Shown: positions 1 to 9,431 of the stretch, one piece after another
How positions within the stretch are numbered: the first letter of the stretch is position 1
Layout of the letters: every line of letters starts with the position of its first letter
Assembly: GCA_963796285.1 (NCBI GenBank)
Contig: CAWCKW010000012.1
Coordinates: 1,920,001-1,984,000, forward strand
Length of the DNA: 64,000 nt
DNA from: Nitrospirota bacterium
GTDB taxonomy: Bacteria; Nitrospirota; UBA9217
Direction of reading: 5' to 3'
Program-made: the position numbers and the translations under genes
The notes under the pieces: model-generated
Told to the model about the DNA's origin: nothing
The model's database searches: none
The model's input: the letters and a program-made list of their open reading frames with translations, nothing else

Positions 1-903
1 TCTGATGACATGCTGATTGTCGATCACGGTAACGATATCCGGAATAGCATCGAACGTTTGCTCCCATTCCTCCTTGGCGAGCATAACTCGTTCCTCCGCT
101 TTCTTACGCGCACTAATGTCCACGGAAGAGCCGACCATACCGGTAACAACGCCATTTCTGTTCCTCAGAAAAGTGAGGAGCAGGAGTGCATGAAACTCTT
201 CACCGGACTTTCTTCTCAACAGCACCTCGCATTCGTGTTCCCCCTTTTCCTTGAGAGGTCCAATAACCTCACGCTCAAGGAATGACGACTGCTGCTCAGG
301 ATAAATGAGCGATATATGTTTACCCAATGCCTCTTCATCGGTATAGGAAAACATCCTTTCCGAACCTTTGTTCCAGCTCGTGATCCTGCCCTCCAGATCT
401 GTTGTAATGACGGATTCGCGGATTTGGCTCAAAATGATCGCCTGCCTCTGTATCAGGTCGGTATCCCGGACCCGTCGTGTAATATCTTGACCGATTGTTG
501 ATGAACCGACTATTTCCCCGGTTGCGTTCCTGATAGGGGATATGGTAAGCGACATGTTGATCTGCCGGCCGTCCTTCCGCGACCGCATTGTTTCGAAATG
601 TTCGATGGTCTCGCCCTGCCGCATTTTTTCCAGGATGCGCTGACTGTCGTCGGCGAGTACCTCGGGAGCGAGCATGGACACGGGGCGGCCGATTACCTCG
701 GCTTCGGTATAGCCGTAGATCCGTTCGGCACCTTTGTTCCAGGAGGTAATGATACCGTTCAGATCTTTGCCGATGATCGCGTCGTCGGAACCTTCGACGA
801 TTGCAGCGAGTCTGGCATTCGTCTCGTGAAGCCTTTTCTGCAACAGACTGCTCCGCCGGCGATGTTCAGGGACATTCTCTGATTGGTTGTTTCTGTTCTT
901 CAT
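1..903 (-). CDS. Multi-PAS sensor protein (probably histidine kinase or cyclase), 3' end outside the window
   Basis: Manual translation from ATG at 903 (AGGAG upstream) is open to the window edge: ...LAAIVEGSDDAIIGKDLNGIITSWNKGAERIYGY..., second PAS ...VITTDLEGRITSWNKGSERMFSY..., third PAS starting EWEQTFDAIPDIVTVID. Not in the ORF track. Confidence 0.85.
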   Translation of the reverse strand, partial: MKNRNNQSENVPEHRRRSSLLQKRLHETNARLAAIVEGSDDAIIGKDLNGIITSWNKGAERIYGYTEAEVIGRPVSMLAPEVLADDSQRILEKMRQGETIEHFETMRSRKDGRQINMSLTISPIRNATGEIVGSSTIGQDITRRVRDTDLIQRQAIILSQIRESVITTDLEGRITSWNKGSERMFSYTDEEALGKHISLIYPEQQSSFLEREVIGPLKEKGEHECEVLLRRKSGEEFHALLLLTFLRNRNGVVTGMVGSSVDISARKKAEERVMLAKEEWEQTFDAIPDIVTVIDNQHVIR

Positions 904-1105
904 GACCGGACATTCTCCTGAAAATCGCCGGGCCGGGGCAATAATGTTCGATTTCTTCTTCTGTCGCGCTGCCTGACCTGAACTACCGCATTGATATCCA
1001 CGTTCATCCGCAGGGAATGAACCGTCATCATACGGATGGATGGGCTCAAGCTCGTTTCTCGGGCTGCGCATCTGAAAACTGTTCGTGAATCGATCATACC
1101 GGAGG

Positions 1106-2110
1106 TCATCCCTTCAATAGTATGCCCCTCAACCTTTCCGCATACTGTCCGCCTGATTCGTCATCCGTCACGATCTCGATGTCCTCTGGCCGGGATACGC
1201 CAAGTCCGAGTTCGACCGCACGGCTGATCTGTTCCTGCTCGAATATTTTTTTGTCCATGATAGCCTTGTTGCTGCCGAGTTCTTTCAGGACCGCGATCCC
1301 GACCGCGTCGATGGCGATCCGGTCCGTACCCGCGAGGATGACATTCCCCTGTTTTAGAGGACCGTGCGAAGGGCCCTTGTCCACGAAGGCATCAATGCCA
1401 TCGAGAACGATGAGGGACGGATGGTAGGCAGTATTGATCTCCGCGATCATCTTGCGCATCGCAAGGAAGGATGAATGGAGCTCAGTCATGTTTTTCTTGT
1501 GCGTCATGCCCACGGAGAGCTTGAGCGACATGGTGAAGACCCCTCCGTAGCCGTGCGTCTTGAGACAACAGGTCGTTACCACGCAGGGTGATTCGACCAC
1601 CGGCCTGGCAACGAGAACCCCGTTCCGCCAGTGGCTCCCTTCCGGCTGGATCCTCACCCATTCCGTTCGCGGCAGGTCCTCGAAATTAATGACCGGGATG
1701 CCGAGTTTCCTGCACAGCTCGTAAACCCCCTTCTCTTTCATCACGTCTGCGCTGTCAGGCGGCCCGCTCCGTTCGCCGAGCGTGATGCTCTTCGCCCCCA
1801 TTGCTTGAAGATGGAGCACCAGGCTGGACAATGTATCGTTGTGCGTCGAGCCCGGAAATGGGTCCGCCGTGTTGAAGTTCGGCTTAAGCAGCACATCCTT
1901 GCCCGTGATAGGATTGATCTTCAGAAGGTCAATGGCCCTCCCGATGCCCACCGTTCTGTCGCGGGTCTTGATGAGAGACAGTCGTGCCTTATTGCCCTGC
2001 CTTCCCGCGTATACCGGTTTTGTCACTCCGCCCCCCTCTCCGGCTTCCCCGCTCATGACCGAGACTGCCCCTGCTGCAATGGATATCAGGAATTCACGCC
2101 TGTTCATCAT
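1106..2110 (-). CDS. DUF362-family putative Fe-S protein with Tat-like signal peptide
   Basis: N-terminal RREFL twin-arginine motif; VLLKPN, LKTH, TMSLKL, DGI and DRIAIDA motifs typical of DUF362. Confidence 0.85.
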   Translation of the reverse strand: MMNRREFLISIAAGAVSVMSGEAGEGGGVTKPVYAGRQGNKARLSLIKTRDRTVGIGRAIDLLKINPITGKDVLLKPNFNTADPFPGSTHNDTLSSLVLHLQAMGAKSITLGERSGPPDSADVMKEKGVYELCRKLGIPVINFEDLPRTEWVRIQPEGSHWRNGVLVARPVVESPCVVTTCCLKTHGYGGVFTMSLKLSVGMTHKKNMTELHSSFLAMRKMIAEINTAYHPSLIVLDGIDAFVDKGPSHGPLKQGNVILAGTDRIAIDAVGIAVLKELGSNKAIMDKKIFEQEQISRAVELGLGVSRPEDIEIVTDDESGGQYAERLRGILLKG

Positions 2111-2600
2111 TCGCCATGATTGTTAATGTTACCCCCCGTCAAGAAGCGATGACAGATCGCGAAACGGTAATGGAGGGTGCCAAGACATGGATGCGCGAGA
2201 CTCATGGGATCACCTAGAGTGTTAGAAGCAACGGACCTATGAATATTGTAGCATGCTATTTCAAACGCCGATTTATTTAGTTCAATGAAATCGCTACAGC
2301 GCTGATAAATCAATGCGTTAGGGCTATCTAATATTCATTTTTCCGGTGCGATTGTAGTATCGCGTTTTCCGGCTTCCCGATGGCCATATTATTTCTCCGA
2401 TTTACAGCAATGGCATTTTTATTGTAATATAATGTGTATGAAGGAAGCAAACGCGCAGCAGCGCAGGTAATCTTCAGGATAGCGGACCGTTGCCTCTGCC
2501 AGCTCCAGCTTTTTACAGAATGTATAGCAGCTGGGAGGGTGGACGGTGAGATTGTTTCGTGAATGGTCAGTCCGAGAAAAGCTTTTTCGTGGGCGTCAGA

Positions 2601-2645
2601 GCTATGATTTGGGTCATAGCAAACCGCCGGCGTTTGTTATAGATT
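2601..2645 (+). promoter_or_regulatory. Crp/Fnr-family-like palindrome with a -10 element upstream of the DUF2249 gene
   Basis: GCTATGA-tttggg-TCATAGC perfect inverted repeat at 2601-2620; TAGATT at 2640-2645 places its centre at about -41.5. Confidence 0.6.
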
Positions 2646-2689
2646 ACTATCGTACCAATCGTGAATGAGATAACAAGGGGAGGTGTGTT

Positions 2690-2917
2690 ATGGTGTTAAA
2701 AGATCTGGATGTTACGAAAATCATTCCTCGGGACCGGCATCCGCTGATCTTTAGGACCTTTGACGAACTCGAGAAGGGCGCGGCGTTTATTCTCACCAAC
2801 GACCATGATCCGAAGCCGCTCTACTATTCATTCTTGCACGAGCGGGAAGGGCTTTTCGGGTGGGAGTATCTGGAAGAGGGGCCGGTAACCTGGAAGGTAA
2901 AGATCTCAAAGAACTGA
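2690..2917 (+). CDS. DUF2249 domain protein
   Basis: LDV..RHPLIF..F..L..G..FIL.NDHDPKPLYY..F.WEYLEEGP..WKV.I signature; GGAGG RBS. Confidence 0.9.
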   Translation: MVLKDLDVTKIIPRDRHPLIFRTFDELEKGAAFILTNDHDPKPLYYSFLHEREGLFGWEYLEEGPVTWKVKISKN

Positions 2918-2983
2918 CGCTGGACAGCCGGGGAAGGTGGCCGTTCCCCGGTACTGTTTCAATGATGAAATGGAGGCTCCATC

Positions 2984-3163
2984 GTGACCTTGAATATCGA
3001 TTACGGCCTGTGCGCCGGTTGCGGGGCATGCGCTGAAGTATACCCTCTGCTCTTCGAGATCAGGGATGACAAGGCGTGGATCATCGATTATACGCAGTTC
3101 CATCCCGCAGAGCACAAAGACCTGCCCACCGTCTGCCCTTATCGCGCCATCACCATCGAGTAA
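2984..3163 (+). CDS. Small single-cluster ferredoxin (59 aa)
   Basis: GGAGG then GTG start; MTLNIDYGLCAGCGACAEVYP...TVCPYRAITIE; CxxCxxC plus distal CP; below the ORF-track length cutoff. Confidence 0.85.
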   Translation: MTLNIDYGLCAGCGACAEVYPLLFEIRDDKAWIIDYTQFHPAEHKDLPTVCPYRAITIE

Positions 3164-3221
3164 CCGGAGGATTCTGAGAGCGGCGCGATCACCACAGCAT
3201 GCCGCTGACACGTGCGGGAGA

Positions 3222-3920
3222 TCACTTCCTGGACGTACTGACTTGGGACTTCTTTTCGACGAACTCTTCGATAGCGGACCTTGCCTCATCGGTAAGCGAT
3301 GAGAATCTGACCCCATACTGGCAGACCTTCGATTCTCCAGCCTGCTTCATGACCCTGACGATCTCTCCGTTCGTTTTTATCTGCGCCGACCCGGGGAGAA
3401 AGAACGAGCACACCAGCTGGTCCCCTTTCTCAAGGCCTTTTATGCTTTCGATAAGAATCCCCGTCGTGCTGATATTTCCCGAGCGGCCGAAGAATGGCCT
3501 GTCCTTATTGCTCCCCTCGATCATCACACTCACGAGAACGCGGTACGACTCCCGCCAGGAGATCTCCAGAAGCTGCCGTACTTTCTCAAGGAGCACAGCG
3601 GGATCCACTGGCATCGTAAGGACCACGTTTGCCTTACATTGCGCGCTTCTCTCGATATCCGCCGCATTGTTCGGACAGATCATCATTATAGATACCTTGC
3701 GTAACGCATCGTCCGACCTTATTGCGGAGCAAAGCTCTTCGCTCTTCATGCCGGGCGCGTTGAGGGTCGTGATAATAACATTGGTCTTTTCCGCCCGGTG
3801 GACAGGCAGCACATCGTCGTTTGTTGCTACCATCAACAGGTTGACACCTTCCCGGTCCAGAAAGCTTTTTTCCTTCGAAATGATCGGGGTGACTTCATCG
3901 GTGACCAGTATCTTTTTCAT
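3222..3920 (-). CDS. Receiver-like domain plus PilZ domain protein
   Basis: N-terminal REC-like fold (KILVTDE...NAPGM); PilZ motifs RESYR (RxxxR) and NISTTG, ending YGVRF. Confidence 0.8.
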   Translation of the reverse strand: MKKILVTDEVTPIISKEKSFLDREGVNLLMVATNDDVLPVHRAEKTNVIITTLNAPGMKSEELCSAIRSDDALRKVSIMMICPNNAADIERSAQCKANVVLTMPVDPAVLLEKVRQLLEISWRESYRVLVSVMIEGSNKDRPFFGRSGNISTTGILIESIKGLEKGDQLVCSFFLPGSAQIKTNGEIVRVMKQAGESKVCQYGVRFSSLTDEARSAIEEFVEKKSQVSTSRK

Positions 3921-4165
3921 GTTTAGTCCCTTTTTTCGGCCGTATTTGATTTGGCTCAAACAGCGGGATTCGTGGCACTAGTGTACCATAGTTGATTTCA
4001 TCACGCAAAAACTATTTTATCATCCGGCATGGATCGTCGATGTACTGCATCCTGAAGGAGTCACCCGCAGGCAGGCTTTCCTTCCCAACGAGGTGAGGAG
4101 TGTTGGAAAAAAATTCTCCTCAAATGAAAGCAGTTGCCGTCTAACCAGGCACTTTTTTGCTGTGC

Positions 4166-4194
4166 TTTACATCCTGCGGACAGGAGGCTATACT
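4166..4194 (+). promoter_or_regulatory. Sigma70-type promoter of the M1 peptidase gene
   Basis: TTTACA-17 nt-TATACT. Confidence 0.55.
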
Positions 4195-4245
4195 ATAACC
4201 ATTCAAGAACAGGAGGACATGTCGTTCAGTACGGGAGTGATCACT

Positions 4246-6540
4246 ATGAAAGCATTTACAGAGAACTTCATGGTCCGTTGCTGTCTTTTCAGGAAATTTT
4301 TTAGCCATGCACAAGGACTGATACAAGCCTGCCGAGGCCTGCCCCGCTGCGATGAACAGAGGGGCGGGAATGACTCCCGGCGGATACTGCTGAGTGCCCT
4401 GTTGTTTTTCGTAATCACGGTATACGCGCTCACGTCGCAGGCCCAGGATGCCTTCCTTCATCATGACCTCAAGGTGCTCATTTCACCGGCGGAACATCGA
4501 CTTGAGGTTCTCGACCTGGTCACGCTGCCGAATGAATTTCAGAACAAGGTCACCTTCTCTCTCCACTCCGGTTTAAAACCGATGTCCCCCACTCCCGGCG
4601 TGCGCATCATGAAACTGGCGGAGAGGCGGGGTGCCGTCCCGCTGTCATCGTTTAACATCATCCTTCCGCCCGGCCTGCGAACGTTCGCGGTCGCGTATAA
4701 AGGCACCATTCACCATCCCATCGAGCAACACGGCAAGGAAGAGACGCGCGGGTTTCAGGAGACGCCGGGCATCATCTCCGCTCAGGGCGTGTTCCTGTCC
4801 GGAGCCTCCGCTTGGTACCCTGATTTCGGACCGCGATTGGTGACCTTCAACCTTGCAGTGAAGCTGCCGCCGGACTGGGACGCGGTCAGCCAGGGAGAAC
4901 GCACGGTCCATGTTCAGGGCGGAAGTGCTGCCGTAGTTGCCTGGAGATCGCCCGAGCCTCAGAATGAGATATATATCATTGCCGGAAATTTTACCGAATA
5001 CACCGGTCCTGCAGCCCACCCGCAGGCAATGGTCTTCCTGCGTACGCCCGATGAGACCCTGGCAAACAGATACCTCGATGCCACGACGCGTTATCTTGAT
5101 ATGTACAGCGGCCTCATCGGCCCCTATCCCTATGGGAAATTTGCCCTTGTCGAGAACTTCTGGGAAACGGGGTTCGGCATGCCCTCGTTCACGCTGCTCG
5201 GGCCCACGGTCATCCGCCTCCCCTTCATCATCAGGACGTCCTACCCCCACGAGATCCTGCATAACTGGTGGGGCAACAGCGTGTTCCCGGACTATGAAAA
5301 AGGGAACTGGTCCGAAGGGCTCACCTCCTACCTCGCGGACCATTTGATGAAAGAGCTGGAGGGCAGCGGAGCCGAGTACCGATTGGATACGCTCCAGAAG
5401 TACGCGGACTACGTGCTCGGCAGCAGGGACTTCCCGCTCACAAAATTCCGCTCGCGCCACAGCTCTTCAACCGAGGCCATCGGATATGGCAAGTCGCTCA
5501 TGTTCTTTCATATGCTGCGCCTCGAACTTGGTGATGATGCGTTCCGGCAAGGGCTCAGGGAATTCTACCAACAGAATAAATTTCATACTGCTACCTATAC
5601 GAGTATCCGCACCAGTTTTGAACATGTTTCAGGAAGGGACTTGCGACCTGAGTTCGAACAATGGGTCTCCCGCACCGGGGCGCCAATGCTCCGGCTGGGT
5701 GACGTGACCGCAAAAAAACACGGGGACCACTACCTCGTGACCGTCATGATCAAGCAGGTCCAGCCCGGAGCAGCCTACCGTCTTCACATTCCGGTGGCGG
5801 TGACCCAGGACGGAAAGGACCAGGCGCTCCAGACATTCGTTGATCTGTCGGAAAGAGCTCAGGAGATGACGATCTCCGTCCCCGCGCGGCCGATCAGGCT
5901 CGATATCGATCCAGAGTTCGATCTCTTCCGCAGGCTCGATCGGGAGGAGATCCCGCCCTCCATCTCACAGGCCCTCGGCGCAAAAAAAATGCTGGTCATC
6001 CTCCCGTCCCGTGCAGGCAGCGGACTGTTGCAGGCATACCGTGAATTCTCGAAGACTCTGGCAACGTCCGGTCCTGACAACGTCGAGGTGAAGCTTGATT
6101 CTGCCGTCAGTAAGCTGCCGGATGACCGCGCCATCGCGATCCTCGGATGGGAGAACCGTTTCCTGGAGGAAATCGAATCGAGTACTTCCCTGAATGGAGT
6201 TGCTGTTACAAAACAGTCTGTACGCATCGACCAGACCGAGGTGCCCCGCAAAGACCATTCCATCGTGCTTACTGCCCGCATGCCGAAGAAAAGGGAACTT
6301 GCCCTGCTGTTCATCGCTACCGACCTTCCGGAAACCCTGCCCGGCCTTGGCCGGAAACTGCCGCATTACCATAAGTACAGCTATCTCGCTTTTGAAGGAC
6401 AGGAGCCCGCTAATATTGCCAAGGGCCGGTGGCCGGTGCTCAATTCTCCCATGACCGTGTACCTTCCAGACAAAGAAGGCAATGTTGTTGCCTCTCCTCT
6501 GGGCAAACTTGCGTCCCGGAAACCGCTCGTTACGTTCTGA
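4246..6540 (+). CDS. M1-family zinc aminopeptidase, probably exported (start uncertain)
   Basis: HEILHNWWG...WSEGLT (HExxH-x18-E), GFGMPSF motif, YGKS; hydrophobic signal-like stretch ILLSALLFFVITVYALTSQA. Confidence 0.85.
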   Translation: MKAFTENFMVRCCLFRKFFSHAQGLIQACRGLPRCDEQRGGNDSRRILLSALLFFVITVYALTSQAQDAFLHHDLKVLISPAEHRLEVLDLVTLPNEFQNKVTFSLHSGLKPMSPTPGVRIMKLAERRGAVPLSSFNIILPPGLRTFAVAYKGTIHHPIEQHGKEETRGFQETPGIISAQGVFLSGASAWYPDFGPRLVTFNLAVKLPPDWDAVSQGERTVHVQGGSAAVVAWRSPEPQNEIYIIAGNFTEYTGPAAHPQAMVFLRTPDETLANRYLDATTRYLDMYSGLIGPYPYGKFALVENFWETGFGMPSFTLLGPTVIRLPFIIRTSYPHEILHNWWGNSVFPDYEKGNWSEGLTSYLADHLMKELEGSGAEYRLDTLQKYADYVLGSRDFPLTKFRSRHSSSTEAIGYGKSLMFFHMLRLELGDDAFRQGLREFYQQNKFHTATYTSIRTSFEHVSGRDLRPEFEQWVSRTGAPMLRLGDVTAKKHGDHYLVTVMIKQVQPGAAYRLHIPVAVTQDGKDQALQTFVDLSERAQEMTISVPARPIRLDIDPEFDLFRRLDREEIPPSISQALGAKKMLVILPSRAGSGLLQAYREFSKTLATSGPDNVEVKLDSAVSKLPDDRAIAILGWENRFLEEIESSTSLNGVAVTKQSVRIDQTEVPRKDHSIVLTARMPKKRELALLFIATDLPETLPGLGRKLPHYHKYSYLAFEGQEPANIAKGRWPVLNSPMTVYLPDKEGNVVASPLGKLASRKPLVTF

Positions 6541-7004
6541 CGGCTCTTTCCGATTACCGCATGACGGAGACCATATGGATCTTGTCGAGCCATGAGAATG
6601 CCGGGCGGTGACCATGAGGGAAACGGGTTTCAGTTCTGGGAGGACATTGAGGGAGCTCCGGTTTAAAAACAACCATGAGGCATGGTATCGGCATCATCCC
6701 TGGGAAGAAGCCGGAGACACGGTGTTCATTTACGTCATGAGAGATGGCAGGGAATCGATGGATCAGACCATTACAAGGGAGCGGCAGGAAGGTTTTTTCG
6801 CGCCGTCATCAAAGGAACGCCTTTTTCTGGGGCGTTCAAACCATGCTATACTTGTGATGGGTGAGTTGTGCGCCCGTAATCGGGAATGAGCATGAGTCAT
6901 TCAATCGTCTTTACCAACGGTCTTTATTTGTCGTAAACGGATGGGGATGAGATAATAAATGTTGGACGTGCTGAATAATCAGGGTTCGTACTACTAACAT
7001 CCCA

Positions 7005-8168
7005 ATGATGAGAAACAAGCCCATATTCGGTCTTCGCTTCGAAGTAAGCGAGGAATTCTCGCCAACACTTGGGGAAATAAGTGTTTTTCTTGAAAGCCCG
7101 AAAAAGGAAGGCCGGCGGGAACTGCATGGTCTCGATCTGGCAAGATATAATAAGTTGCTCGATGACATTTTGGCGTTCGATCTTTATCAGCGATTGAACG
7201 CGGGACACCAGGACCTCCGGGAAAGAATGTTCTACGAAGTACTCAGTCATTCCTGCTTTTTCAATACCGCACTCAAATCCGCCGTGGAACAATATAAATA
7301 TTACGTGCACGAGCTGACAACACTCAATTTCAAGAAGCCGACGGCGTTCATCAAGACCGCCAAAGAAGAGATGGGCCGGTTAAACCCGAAGAAAAAGAAT
7401 GACGCAGCCAAGCTGGCCAGGCTTCAGAACATGGTCGATGACCGAGCACGGACGATCAAAGCACTTTTACGACGCCGGGCGACGTTAGCCGATGAGTTGA
7501 ACTGCCTCGCGCGGTACATCAGAGACAATCTATCAGAGATCGCAAAACTCTGCGGAACATCGATCTCTATTCTCAGGGACCTTAAGACGGAGGGTCAAGA
7601 GGAACGCCGTTTGATCGATGAAATTAAAACCTATTTTAAAGAACAGCTCAAGAATGCGCTGCACCAGGGTGCGATCACCAAGCAGGACCTTGAGACCGCT
7701 AAAAAAGATGTCTCCGTTCTCTCCCGTGAGGTGTCGGCCCTCCTCAGGGAAGATAGCGACGCCCTGACGCACTTATACGAAGCCATTCGCGACCATACGA
7801 AGAAGAGTGTCCTCGAAATCGCGAACCTGCTGGTAAAGATCGACACCAAAAAAAAGATCCGGGACTTCGAAGGGTTCGACAGGCTCTTCACACTTGTCGA
7901 GCCGGTACTGGTCTCACTTATCTCAGATTATAACTTCGAGCTCGATATGAAACCGGCTCACACCGAGACGGCACATGAACACATTCTCTTGGAAAAGAGA
8001 AAAGAGAATCTAAACCACATTGTTGAAGTGCTGCAGAAAGAGCGCCGGTTAAGGAGTCCTCGAAGAAAAGTTGCGGAGCGAAGAAAATCCAGGGACCCAA
8101 ACTATAAAAATCCTGAGCGGAGAACTGGAAAAGACAAAAGGACCGGTAAGAAAATCAGAGCGCAGTAG
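7005..8168 (+). CDS. Hypothetical helical/coiled-coil protein with Arg-rich C-terminal ERR repeats
   Basis: 387-aa ORF filling the gap between genes; helical composition; tail ERRLRSPRRKVAERRKSRDPNYKNPERRTGKDKR. Confidence 0.75.
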   Translation: MMRNKPIFGLRFEVSEEFSPTLGEISVFLESPKKEGRRELHGLDLARYNKLLDDILAFDLYQRLNAGHQDLRERMFYEVLSHSCFFNTALKSAVEQYKYYVHELTTLNFKKPTAFIKTAKEEMGRLNPKKKNDAAKLARLQNMVDDRARTIKALLRRRATLADELNCLARYIRDNLSEIAKLCGTSISILRDLKTEGQEERRLIDEIKTYFKEQLKNALHQGAITKQDLETAKKDVSVLSREVSALLREDSDALTHLYEAIRDHTKKSVLEIANLLVKIDTKKKIRDFEGFDRLFTLVEPVLVSLISDYNFELDMKPAHTETAHEHILLEKRKENLNHIVEVLQKERRLRSPRRKVAERRKSRDPNYKNPERRTGKDKRTGKKIRAQ

Positions 8169-8349
8169 GTTTATCCGCAAGTGAATTGCCTGCATCCTGT
8201 TTCCGACCAGCAGGTGGGGGTGACGCATGTCCCCCGGTGAATCTCCCCGACAAACCCCTTCTGCTGTTCCAGGATCGTGAATGACGGGACTCCACTCTTA
8301 ACGAAATCCCTTCTCATGGTTTTTCCGCATCTCTGTTCGCAGCATACCT

Positions 8350-9084
8350 TCACCATCCTTCGCCCAGCCGTTCAGCGAGCTGTGGCGGCAATCCCGCTCG
8401 AATGACCTTGTCCTGGCATGTTCGAATGTCGTACTCTACGCGGTGGAAGATGATGAAGTGATCGGTCGAATCGTATACCAGGAACGCAGCTCGGGGATCG
8501 CCATCGCGCGGCTGTCCCACGCTGCCGGGATTGATCAGATAGCGCTTTTCCGCGGAAAGGGACAGGTCGAGCGACAGTTCCCGTGATATAACGCCTCGGT
8601 GATCAATGAATGCAGTCCTCACATGCGTGTGTCCGAAGAAGCCGAGCTTCAAAGCGCCGGACAACCCGGCAAGCAACTGAAAGTTGTCCTTAATGTCGTC
8701 GCGGGACAGAATATACCGGTTGGTATTATTGATGGAACCGTGAAAGAGAACATAGTCGCGCGCCCTTATTTCTCGCGGCATCTCCAGGAGAAAGGATCGG
8801 TTCACTTCTGTCAGGTGTTCACGGGTCCAGATAAGCGCCCTGCGTGCGAGCGCATTGAACCGGTAAGGCTCTTCCAGTCCAGATGCGCAGGCATCGTGGT
8901 TGCCAAGCACGCTCAGGATCTTTTCGTTCCGCAGGATGTCGACACACTCGTTCGGGTTTGCGTTGTATCCAACGATATCACCGAGGCAGACGATCTCATC
9001 TACCTTGAGCGCGTGGATCCGCTCAAGCACAACTTGCAGCGCTTCGAGATTCGCGTGGATATCCGCAATAACGGCAATACGCAT
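8350..9084 (-). CDS. Metallophosphoesterase (calcineurin-like)
   Basis: DIHAN, GDIVGY, GNHD, HGS, GHTH and NPGSVGQPRDGD motifs. Confidence 0.92.
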   Translation of the reverse strand: MRIAVIADIHANLEALQVVLERIHALKVDEIVCLGDIVGYNANPNECVDILRNEKILSVLGNHDACASGLEEPYRFNALARRALIWTREHLTEVNRSFLLEMPREIRARDYVLFHGSINNTNRYILSRDDIKDNFQLLAGLSGALKLGFFGHTHVRTAFIDHRGVISRELSLDLSLSAEKRYLINPGSVGQPRDGDPRAAFLVYDSTDHFIIFHRVEYDIRTCQDKVIRAGLPPQLAERLGEGW

Positions 9085-9214
9085 AGAACACCCATGGGGA
9101 CGCAATTCGTCACCCTGCCCTGATACCTATTGTAGCAAATTCAGGCAGCGGCAAGTTGTGATATTATTGATTCAATAAAAGTATCATACGTGAGAAGAAC
9201 CGGAGGTGGAGATC

Positions 9215-9382
9215 ATGCCGTCATATGATTATGCATGCAGGGACTGCGGGAAGGATTTTATGATATTTCTCTCGCTGAAGGAGATGGAGGCAAAGCCGAA
9301 GATCATTTGTCCGCATTGCGGGAGCGACAACGTCGGAAAAAAATTTACGGCATTTTTTGCCAAGACCGATAAAAAGTCATGA
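9215..9382 (+). CDS. FmdB-family zinc-ribbon protein (55 aa)
   Basis: GGAGG RBS; MPSYDYACRDCGKDF...CPHCGSDNV; not in the ORF track. Confidence 0.88.
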   Translation: MPSYDYACRDCGKDFMIFLSLKEMEAKPKIICPHCGSDNVGKKFTAFFAKTDKKS

Positions 9383-9431
9383 TCGGAAAACCTCGCGTAT
9401 TTGCATTCATGGTCGCAGAATTCCATCTTGT

